DNA of 64,000 nucleotides from Octopus sinensis (taxonomy: Eukaryota), in the NCBI RefSeq assembly GCF_006345805.1, contig NC_043016.1:2108001-2172000 (forward strand), read 5' to 3'. A program made the translations under genes and the position numbers. Positions 45,107 through 56,528 of this stretch are shown here, piece after piece (the first letter of the stretch is position 1; each line of letters starts with the position of its first letter). Below the pieces are notes generated by a model. That model saw only the letters and a program-made list of their open reading frames with translations. It was not told the origin of the DNA and ran no database searches.

Positions 45107-48100
45107 CAGTAGTTTTATTTTTATAGCGTGTTTTCACTTCACTACCGAGCGCAGCTCTGTGTGCCTTGGGTATGTGCTGTGATTGGTTGTGATGCTCTCA
45201 TTGTTACTGCATTGAAAGTGTTCTGCGTAGGATGTGTGCAGTGCCTAATAGTGCAATTTTCTATATGCTATATGTGTTTGTAAGTCCTGGTGTTTTTATG
45301 TACTTGTCTGAAAATTTTGTTATCATGCCTAATGATAGGAATTGTTGTCATCTGCTGGTATTCATACATCAATTAGAATGCATTTTTTTTCTTCATGATC
45401 TCTGACAACTATATCTGGTCTGTTGGCCTTAATTTCTCTATCTGTGTGTATTGGCATATCCCAGACTATGGTTGCTTTCTCGTTTTCTGTGACCTTTTCT
45501 GGGGTGTGCCTATACCATCTTTTTTCTGTTGTTATTCCATAATGTTGGCAAAGCTTCCAGTGTATGAAGGTCCCAACTCTGTCGTGTCTGTGAATATATT
45601 CCTTCTTAGCCAGGACTGGGCAGCCAGAGATAATATGATTTATTGTTTCTTGTCCATCTCCAAATATTCTGCAGTTACTTGTTATATTTCTTGTCATTAC
45701 ATGTTTTTGGTAATTTCTGGTGGGGAGGCGTTGGTCTTGTGCTGCAATTAAAAATCCCTCTGTCTCTGCTTTGTGTCCTGAGCTTCTCAACCATTGCTGG
45801 GATTTTTCTTTGTCTATTTCTTTTGCATTTAGTTTAGTCCAGTATTTGCCATGAAGGGGCTTTTCTTGCCCTCGTTTTATCATGATCCGTTGCTGTTCTA
45901 GTTTTAGTTTGGATTTCATTTGTTTTATAGTCTTCTTCTTCTTCTCTTCTTCTTCTTCTTCTTCTTCTTCTTCTTCTTCTTCTTCTTCTTCTTCTTCTTC
46001 TTTTTATTCTTCTTCTTCTTCTCCTCCTTCTTCTTCTTCTTCTTCTTCTTCATATTTGGTGGTATGATTTCTTGTTTGTATTTGTCAGCTTCTTTAAATA
46101 CTGAGAACAGTTTATTGTTTTGTTCGTGTTTTGCCGCTATTTGTATCAGTTTTCCTTCCTTCTGAAGTAGATATTTTTGCAGTCCTATGGTGGTTATTTT
46201 ATAATGGTTTTCCAGCTGTATAACGCCTCTACCACCTTCTATACGTTGTATATATAGCCTTTCTATGAGGAACTGTCTTTAGTAGTGTTTCCAGCTGTTT
46301 GTCATTTGTAGCGAATAGTTTTAGGTCATCCATATACAAAAGGTGGCTGATCGTTTTGCCGTAACATTTATATCCGCATCCAGTTCTATTTAGCATATCA
46401 GATAGAGGTGACAGTGCCAAGCAGAAAAGGAATATTCCCTGGAATTTTCCTCTTCTAATAGGGATGGCTTTGGTTTTGACGAGTCCCTCTTTTGTTTGGA
46501 GGTGTAGCACTGTCTGCCGTTTATTCATAGAGTCTCCTATGTATTTTATAATTGTTGGTGCTACCCTGTTAATGGCTAGTGTTTCGAGGATCCACGTGTG
46601 GGGAATGCTATCAAAAGCCTTTTGGTTGTCGATCCAGGCCAGACTTCTTCTTTCTGCGGCTGTCTTCAGTTATGGCTTTATTGATCATTAGTTGGTCTTT
46701 ACAGCCACCTGAGCCTTTGCGGCATCCTTTCTGCTCTTCTGGAAACAGGTTTTTTTCGTCCAGGTGCTTATTCAATCTATGCGATATTACTGCAGTAAAG
46801 GCTTTGTACATTGTAGGGAGACAGGTTATAGGTCTGTAGTTTTCTGGTTTTGCCGTTTCATTGGATTTGGGTATTAAGATGGTTTTCCCTTTCGTGAGCC
46901 GTTGAGGCATTGTCTCTGGCTCTGCCAGTATGTTGTTAAAATTTTCAGCCAGATTTTCGTGCATACCTGTCAGATGTTTCAACCAGAAGTTGGGGATCTT
47001 GTCGTGCCCAGGTGCCTTCCAGTTGCTTAGTCTTTGCAGTGCCTGGGTGACCTCTTCAGTTGTTATGGGGGTCCAGAATTGCACAGATGCTAAGTTTGTT
47101 GTTTTAATACTCCTTTTCTATGGTTGTTCATTCGCCGACCATATTTCTTTCCAAAATTCTTCCACTTCTGCCGTTGGTGCGCAGTGATGTCTATTTTATT
47201 TTTGCCAAGTTTTTGGTAGAACTTTTTGGAATTGGAGTTGAAGTGTTTGTTTTGTTCAAAGAAACGTTGGCGTTTCTCATACCGGCGGATCCTTTGTGCT
47301 TTGGCAAGTATATATTGCTTTAGCTTTTCTTTTATCTCAGGTAAATCTTTTTCTGTGATATATTTTCGGAGTATTTTTGTTTTCTTTTTGTTGCTTAGTA
47401 GCGTGGATTGTCTACTGATTTCGTTAAGAGTCGACAGTTCTTTTCTCATTTTTTTTTGTTATTTATCCACAGGTTTTGTTTGGGTGGTGGTACTCGTGTT
47501 TGGATGGGTTTGAGGGAGTATCCAGCTTCTTTTGTGGCTGCAGTGGCTGCTACATATACTATGCCATTTAGCTCAGTGATATTGCTATTTGTTTCAGTGG
47601 CTATTAATTCTGTGACCGCCAGGTTTATGCTATTTATTATTGATGTTTTTTTTTGTCTATTTTGATTTTTGGGAGGTATGGTCGGTGGTCCATTCTGAGA
47701 TCTGTGGTTTTCAGTTCTTTGATTATTCTACTTTTTATAGTATCATAATCATTAGGCTACCCTTCGTTGTTTCCAGGTTTTAGAATTGTCTCGCTTTCTC
47801 TCTCATTCGTATGTTTGTCTGTCGTGTTTTGGTTTGCTGCTTTTCGTACGGTCTGGGTTTGTTGGTTTTTGTTTACTTCGTTTTTGTTGGAAATGTTACG
47901 TTTTTCTTCCGGTTTTACTATCTCATTTTTTATATTATTTGGCATTGTTGTGTGGCTTCTATCTACATTTCCCTGATATATTTTTTTCTTTCAAATGTTC
48001 TATTTCTATTTCTGATATATATTTTGCTATGAGAACATATCTTCGTGTGTTAGCTAGTTTATTAGGGTTCATTGCTGTATCCAAGTCTTTGTTTATGTTA

Positions 48101-48200
48101 TTTGGGTAGAGCACTGCTGTAAAGTAAGCGTGAAGAATTGAAATATGTTCCTCACGTGTCCAATTATGCCTTTTTGGTTTTATTTGCCTGGCCCTTTGTT
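45107..48200 (-). mobile_element. R4/Dong-type LINE, degraded, with internal deletion and (CTT)n expansion
   Basis: N-terminal HNWTREEH, KAPGHDKIPNFWL, NYRPITCL, YMDDLKLFA, RHD motif and RPDIVVRD...IDV; (ATT)n on both sides. Confidence 0.9.
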
Positions 48201-48207
48201 ATTATTA

Positions 48208-48272
<65 letters not shown>

Positions 48273-49605
48273 CATTATTATTATTATCATTATTATTATT
48301 ATTATTATTATCATTATTTAAAAAATCAGTTTCTCATAGAATACAGTGTATCGATTTTAGACAGTTCAACAATGCGAGTCTCAATTCCAATATCCTTCAG
48401 CCTCTAGATTCGCAGAAAGCACTGGAGACAGCGGTCTTCGATGCCGTGCCTCGAATCTTGGTCAGATTTGGAAAGCTGCGCAAAGCATTTTTATGATTTT
48501 GTTTACGAAGTGTTTTTTGTTTGTTTTTGTTTTTATTTTTTTCTCGGTGGGTGATGTGTTGGGAGTTGAGCCGCTGTGCGAGAGGTAACCACCTGGATTG
48601 GATGGGTAATCCACGAGCTCTTTTTGATGTACACCATATTCGTTCCCTCCTACTTTGACAGCCATCTACTACAGCTAGCAACCTAGCAAGAGATTGGAAG
48701 CAATTCCAGTTGAATGAGCCGAGAATGGTGACGCAGATATTGAATAATTGGAATTTCCTACAACATGATTTGATAAATATCATTATATATTTTGCGTGCG
48801 ATGTAATGTATTTTGTGTTTCTCAATTAGTAAAACATTCAAAGCAGTTTTCTAATTTTTGTGCAATTCTATTTAAATTGTACTGGTGTCGACTATTTTAA
48901 ATCCAATGTTGATGATTTTATCATCTATGAAAATTGTTCTCAGTTATTACCGTTGGATAATTCTTAATCTGACGTTGATCACTTTTCCAGTTAAAATATT
49001 ATTCCTGTGATCCCTTACAAATTACTACAAAGCGTGCCAACAATGCACCTTTATTAAAATCACTTTATTATAAGTATTGAATTATCAAGTTCTCCAGATA
49101 ATAAACAAGTCGAACTATTGATAAACTAAAAATGAAGGCCTATTAAAAATGTGAAAAATCCTTAATAAACAAGACCAGACATGAACATAGCCCTGATTTT
49201 AAATATATATATATATATGCCAGAGCAAGCACATTAATGCGAAACAAAGTGGAAAAAATAGTACTCGAATACCAGAGGTAGAGTAATATGCTTTATTAAA
49301 AAGCAGCAAAAATATCACAAGAACTGTTACTTAGAGTTTCACGCTTTTGTTTTTATTTTTTTCTCGGCAGATGATGTGTTGCAACTGATGAGCTGCAGTG
49401 CGAGAGGCAATCACCTGGATTGGATGGTTGATCCACGAGCTCTTTTTGATGTATACCTGATTCGTTCCCTCCTACTATGACAGCCATTAACTACAGCTAG
49501 CAACCTAGCAACAGATTGGAAATGTGAAACTCAGAATAACAGTTTTTGTGATATTTTTTCTGCTTTTTAATACATTATATATATATATATAATGTGTGTG
49601 TGACC

Positions 49606-49660
<55 letters not shown>

Positions 49661-49766
49661 ATATATTGGTAAAAACGGTAAGATAACAAAAGAAAGAAAG
49701 AGACCTCAATATTATGTAAAATAGAGGAATTTATCTGTAAAATAGTATGTGACAATTGTTCGGTAG

Positions 49767-49834
49767 CCAAGATAAAACTCTGAGTTTCGGATGCCGAAGT
49801 GGAAATCCACAACACCATCTCTTCGGTTATCTGG
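49767..49834 (-). ncRNA. Type-I hammerhead-like motif (CCGAAGA core)
   Basis: - strand: ccagataa CCGAAGA gatg...gtgga/tccac...catcc GAAAC tcaga GTT ttatcttgg. Stem I agataa/ttatct; helix III ACTC/GAGT. Confidence 0.55.
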
Positions 49835-50074
49835 CCATCTGAAAAACGCTATGAAAAAAGACCGTTATACAAAGGGAAATTACTGTGTTATAGTCCGCTA
49901 CTTATATAAAAGCGCTAATTCAATGACCGCTAATTAAAATAAAGTTAAAAGTTCATAGTAAACACGTAAGCATGCCTGCTCATACGCACTTATGTGCGCT
50001 CACGCACCCACGTGCTTACGTAGACATTACTATGAAAATGTACACATCATCACTCGCATTTTATATTAATGTAG

Positions 50075-50905
50075 GTTCATGCCATCCCCCTATAGTATTC
50101 AAAAATTTAGTTTAAAATATTAGTAAGAGGATTTCCAGACTATCCTACGATAAGGTCATTTTTAATAGCGTTGCCCCAGTTTATAATAAGGCTCTAAAAG
50201 AGAGTGGTTTTAGCGAAGAAATAACCTATACACCTGTTACTAGGCCAACAGTAAAGAAGAGGAAAAATAGAAATAGGAAGATCATCTGGTTCACACCTCC
50301 CTACTCACCCGAGGTGACCTTCAATGTAGGTAAATATTTCTTAGCACTGATAGATAGACATTTTCCAGTTAACCATACTTACAAGAAGCTCTTCAATAAA
50401 CACAATTTAAAAATTAGTTTTAGCTCAACTACCAATTTTAAAAATATAATCGCACATAACACACAAAAACCGCAACACAAAAACAGCTGTTCGTGCAGGA
50501 ATAAAAAAACTGTGCCCGCTAAATGGAGCTTGCATGTCCGAGACCATCATCTATGAAGCTACTGTGGACTCTATACCCACTGAAGACACCGTTTTGACGA
50601 AGAAATACGTGGGCCTTACAGAGGGTAATTTCAAAGCCAGGTTCAATAATCACACCTTAAGTTTTAGGCACTGGGACAAAAGGAAAGCGACAAAATTATC
50701 CAATCATGTTTGGTCATTAAAAGATAAAGGTGTCAGTTACAATTTCCATTGGAAGATTTTAGCCAAATGTAAGCCCTACACCAATGGCAGCAGAAAGTGC
50801 GGTCTATGCGACATGGAAAGATGGCTTATCTGGAAAAGCAGTTTAGACCCTGCTACATGTCTAAACTCAAGGATAGAACTTTTCGGATCATGCCCATATG
50901 TGACC
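50075..50905 (+). mobile_element. PLE 3' coding region (thumb/linker plus GIY-YIG; Neptune-like)
   Basis: RKIIWFTPPYS...FLALIDRHFP...KISFS; IIYEATV...KYVGLTEGNFKARFNNH...ATKLSNHVWSLK...KCGLCDME...LNSRIEL. Confidence 0.9.
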
Positions 50906-51562
50906 AGTAAATATCGGTGCTTCGTTGTACCATTTATTTACTTTTATGTATAATTTTACCCTCACGGGCTATCCTTTACTGGAAAGCAATACTCTCGTAT
51001 TGCATTACTATTTTCATTGAAACTTCTTCATTGTTCTCGTTCTGTTAACGTCTTGGCGTTCAGACGAGTGTACTGGCATAGATGTAGCAACATTTGAAAT
51101 ATTGTCGACGTTTATGCAGCTGATGAAGATAAATCAAATATACGTTTGGCAAACGTATTTTGAAGAATCCGAAACCGGTACTGCATTATCCGTTTCTAGG
51201 TTTTTCATTTTTCAGATGTTCTTCCTAGAGGTAAGGCAATTTTTTTCATGTTTGTTGCACACACGCATCTTTACTAGTACATACGCAGTGAAGCTATACA
51301 TTAGCGTCGTATTTATTACGTTTGCTATTTTCCAGTAAATATCGGTGCTTCATTGTACCATTTATTTACTTTTATGTATAATTTTACCCTCACGGGCTAT
51401 CCTTTACTGGAAATCAATACTCTCGTATTGCATTACTATTTTCATTGAAACTTCTTCACTGTTCTCGTTCAGTTAACGTTTTGGCGTTCAGACGAGTGTA
51501 CTGGCATAGATGTGGCAACATTTGAAATATTGTCGAGGTTTATGCAGCTGATGAAGATAAAT
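50904..51562 (+). repeat. Tandem pLTR-like 428-bp unit plus a partial second copy
   Basis: 50904-51135 is repeated at 51332-51562 (offset 428). Confidence 0.85.
51114..51186 (+). ncRNA. Type-I hammerhead ribozyme in the PLE pLTR (canonical CUGAUGA/GAAAC core)
   Basis: atgcag CTGATGA a gat...[caaatatacgttt ggc aaacgtattttg]...atc c GAAAC cg GTA ctgcat. 6-bp stem I, long stem II and palindromic helix III ACCGGT; predicted cut after A51180. Confidence 0.75.
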
Positions 51563-52114
51563 CCACAACACCATGTCTTCGTTTATCTGGCCATCTGAAA
51601 AACGCTATGAAAAAAGACCGTTATACAAAGGGGAATTACTGTGTTATAGACTGCCACTTATACAAAAGTGCTAATTCGGATGACTGCTAATTAAGATAAG
51701 GCTAAAAGTTCATAGTAAACTCGTAAGCATGCCTGTTCATACGCACGCATGGGCGCTCGTGCACCTACGTGCGTACGTATACATCACTATGAAAACGTAC
51801 ACATCTTCACTCGCATTTTTCGCCAAATGTCTATGCATATATATATATATATATTTATATATTCATATATATATATAAACTCCCACACACACACGCGCAC
51901 CGTAAAAGTTCATACATACGTCTACATACGCACAAGTACAAGAAAAGACATTGGGTAAGGGTAACAATACAGAAAAAAAGGCAAAAATTCGTCTAAACTG
52001 CTTTTCCAGATAAGCCATCTTTCCATGTCGCATAGACCGCACTTTCCGCTGCCGTTGGTGTAGGGCTTACATTTGGCTAAAATCTTCCAATGGATTTTTA
52101 TCTCATTATACCTT

Positions 52115-52330
52115 TTACTTTTATTTTTTCATAGCGTTTTTCAGATGACCAGATAACCAAAGAGATAGTGGTGTGGATTTCCACCTCGGCATCTGAAACT
52201 CAGAGTTTTATCTTGGCCACCGAATAATTGTTACACATATTATTTTACAGATAAATTCCTCTATTTACATAATATTGAGGTCTCATTCTTTCTTTGTTAT
52301 CTTAACCGTTTTTACCAATATATATAATAT
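52115..52330 (+). repeat. Inverted copy of 49660-49865 with a degenerate HHR (52149-52216)
   Basis: agataa CCAAAGA gatag...catct GAAAC tcaga GTT ttatcttgg. Confidence 0.75.
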
Positions 52331-52523
52331 AATATATATATATATAGTATATATATATATATATATATATGTGATGAAAAATTATACAAATGTAATAAAC
52401 AGATGATGAGTAAAGCACCGGCAAAGCTTCGATTCCCTGTTGTTATCCGTAGATTTACTGCAGGGATTTCGTAGCGGCAGTTGGGGTAACAGTATTACTA
52501 AAATAGATGTAGTGAGGAAAATA

Positions 52524-52584
52524 TTTTATTGGGTACGACACATGTTTCGGCCCGTTCTGGGTCTCTTCGGGTGAATCAATAAAA
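52524..52584 (-). ncRNA. Type-I hammerhead-like motif with internal-loop stem I (CCGAAGA core)
   Basis: - strand: ttttattg attc ac CCGAAGA gaccc agaac gggcc GAAAC atgt GTC gt acc caataaaa. Confidence 0.65.
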
Positions 52585-52946
52585 AAAGTCTTACTAGAGA
52601 TTTTCTGATTCGGTTTTACATACTGCTATATGTCCATCAACTTCGAGAATGGGTAAAAAACAGAGAAAAATTGAAACGCAAAAACTTCAAATATGAACGC
52701 GAAAATTATACATTCTAGTTTAGAGAAAATGACGTAATCAGCCATCGCTGTTGCAAGTGTTAAGAGAAAGAAAAGGAAGTAGAAGTTGAAAGGAAGAAAA
52801 TGTTTAGACGACTTTTTTTGTGTGTTCGTGTTTAGACGCACATATACATACAGAGATACATATATAAATATGCACATATCATACGCACACGTATGGACGA
52901 GTGCATACATATATATGTATAGGAACACGTATACGCAGGTACACCG

Positions 52947-52979
<33 letters not shown>

Positions 52980-53479
52980 TATATATATATACATCAATAT
53001 ATGTAGATAGCATAGATAAACATGTGCACAGATTCGTACGTAAAGCAAGATTCAGACGTGTGTGAAAAGTTTGACACATACGCACATGTGTTAATACATT
53101 CACGTATACACATAAGCAAATATATACACGGATATACATACATATACACACACATATACAAATATCTATGCATATACACATATAAACATACACCCGCGTA
53201 CACGTATACATACACTCACACTAATATATACATACCCCTACGAAAAACGCAAATGCGCGCAGATGAATATGTATATCTATATATACGCACATATACACGC
53301 ACGCACACACATGCACACACACACACATATATATAAATATATATATATATACACATATGCACATACACACATACACGTACACATAAATGCGTATACACAC
53401 ATATATACAAACGCATACGTGCACATACATATATATATATGTACCGCTTGTGCGTCGTGTGCGTGAGCGCGCTTCGTGT

Positions 53480-55330
53480 GTGTGGGCTTACTTCGGATGT
53501 GCGCGTGCGTATGTATTCATACATACCCACACACTCGCATGCATCCCTACCCACATACATACACGCACACCTACTCACACACACACATACCAACACATAC
53601 CTGCACACACACACACATACATACATACACATACATACCTACTTCAGACATACACACACACAGACTACACCCATGCACTCACACACTCACACGCCATACA
53701 CACACACACATACACACACACCTACATAATACATTACACTTGTATACACACACACTTACATTCATACACACACACACCTACACAGCCATACCCTCACTCA
53801 GACACAACATCTACCTACACACACACACAAACACACACGGACACACACCCATACATACATACATCTACACACACACGCCTACACACATACATACACACAT
53901 ACATAAACACACACACTACACATATACACACATACGACACACACATATACTTATACACATGCACACACACACACATACATACATACACCCATATACATAC
54001 ACACACACATACCACATACTCCTATACGCACATACATACACACAGACATAACACACATACACACTCACACAAACATACACACACACATACTTACACACAC
54101 ACTCACCGCACGCGCACACACATGCATGACAACACACATACACTCACACTCACATACGCACACACCAACATATAACACGCACACGCACACGCACACACAC
54201 ACCTACACTCCCACCACACATACACACGCACCTACATACACACACCGCACGCATACACAGCATACACACATACATTACACACGTACACACACACCTACAT
54301 ACACATGCATACACACACACACACACAAACATGCACGGACACACCCAGACATACACACATACACCTATATACACACGCCCACACACCTACATACACACAC
54401 ATATACACACGCCCCACACCTACATCATACACCACATACACGGACACACCCATACATACTTACATACATACACCTATACACACACGCCTACACACCTACA
54501 TACACACACATGCATACACACCACACACACATGTACGCACATACACACACATATACGCACATACATATATAGCCACACACATGCACACACACAAACACAT
54601 ACGCACATGCATGCATGCATGCACACGCGCACACCTACACGCATACACACACACACACGCACGTACACATACATACATACACACACGCATACATACACCC
54701 ATACACATACATGCATCCTACACACACATACATACACACTCACACATACATACACACACACACACTCACTCACACACCTGTATGTACGCGCACACACATG
54801 CACATACACACACTTCCCCCACACCCACACGTACATACATACACACTCACACACATACCCACACACACCACACAACCCACACACGGACATACATCTATGC
54901 ACACACATACATACACCACATACTCACATACACCATCGGACACCTGCCACCCGGACATACACACAGACACACTCACACATCCACACACATACATACTTAC
55001 GCACATGCTCGCAGGCGCGCGCACGCACCGCGCTTGCGCCGGTTCGCGCACTCATACGCGCCGCAGCACCCATCGCTCTTGGACCCGACAAGACCTCCCC
55101 CGTTCCTGGGACCGTCGCGTGTCGTTGGGTTTTTCCCACGCCCGTCTCCGCGGGACCACTCTCTCCATCTTCCCCCTCACTGGAGTCCTTTTTCCTTAAC
55201 CCCCCTTTTTCGTTACACACACGCGCACACATATACACACATTGCTTAAATATATACATTACTCTTACACACTTCAATCTACTCGCCATTTATACCACCA
55301 CGACACTGGACACGCACACACATCACTACT
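53480..55330. repeat. CA-rich low-complexity tract
   Basis: Direct inspection; source of the HT-rich ORFs. Confidence 0.9.
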
Positions 55331-55881
55331 CCCCCCAATGGCACACGCTGGCATACACGCCCACATACGCCCCCACCCCTTCCCTCCCTTCCTCCTTTCC
55401 TTCTTTTTCTTACTACTGACCTTTGTCTGCTAAGCTGACCTGTCTCGCCCTACCTCCACGACCCCCTACACCACAGACGCACACACTAACACACACATAT
55501 ATATTTTTTTGTTTTTTTCATCTCGCCTCATACACACACATACACACACACACGCACACGCACACACTCACACATACACACACATCTGTTGCGTTACCAA
55601 CCTTGTCTCCACTCTTTTGCCTTTAAAAACCCACTTTGCTCTGTTTTCGTAAACACCGCCTTTCACCATGTGCAACTCGTCGTAAACACCAGTCGTCTTT
55701 TTTCTCTTTCCCTGTTGCCCGCTCTGGGATCTTTCTTTCCTCTCTCTCCTTCTTTCTTGTTGTTTCCGACGAAGAGCTCCGCTCGAAACGTCATACCTCC
55801 CTGCTTCCATTTCCTGAGCGCCTATTAATAATAATACTGTAATTGTTCCATTGTTGTGTTTTTTTTGTTTCCCGTTTGGAT

Positions 55882-55935
<54 letters not shown>

Positions 55936-55956
55936 TATATATATATATATATACGT

Positions 55957-56473
55957 TTAAATAGTTTGTTGTGCAAGATTTTTTTATGTGAAGTCGTGTG
56001 TTGAAACAGATATTGTTATATTTCGGATGGTCATTTTGCCAGTTTAGCCAATAAAAACACACCACTATATATTGGTGTTATTTTGCTTCAGTGATATTTA
56101 TCTTTTACATTAATCTATCTTAATTTCGTTCGGCCAAAGTTCTTTCGTCACACACCTGTGACCGGTATCAGTGGTCCTTTGTTTTCTTCTCACTTACTTG
56201 TGTCTCTCTCTCCTACTACCGTAAGGAGAGACACAAGTAAGTGAGAAGAAACAAAGGACCACTGATGCGGTCACAGGAGTGTGACGAAAGAACTTTGGCC
56301 GAAATAAGATTAAGATTAATGTAAAAAATAAATATCACTGAAGCAAAATAACACCAAATATATAGTGCGTGTGTTTTTATTGGCTAAACTGGCAAAATGA
56401 CCATTCCGAAAATAAACAATATCTGTTTCAACACCGACTTCACATAAAAAATCTTGCACAACAATATTTAAAC
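55957..56473. repeat. Near-perfect fold-back hairpin with ~250-bp arms and a short loop centred at ~56218
   Basis: Example: cttctcacttacttgtgtctct vs agagacacaagtaagtgagaag; the arms differ mainly by small indels. Confidence 0.88.
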
Positions 56474-56493
56474 TATATATATATATATATATC

Positions 56494-56528
<35 letters not shown>

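Noticed and set aside
48361-48500. LQPLD motif suggesting a pogo DDE transposase or a host exon
   Set aside because: Surrounding residues do not match pogo motifs and the frame closes quickly.
49384-49415. CTGATGA as a possible HHR core
   Set aside because: No GAAA follows, and the paralogous copy at 48560 lacks the motif.
54920-55420. GC-rich island or promoter
   Set aside because: It lies within noisy low-complexity sequence and may be low-quality consensus; no supporting gene is nearby.
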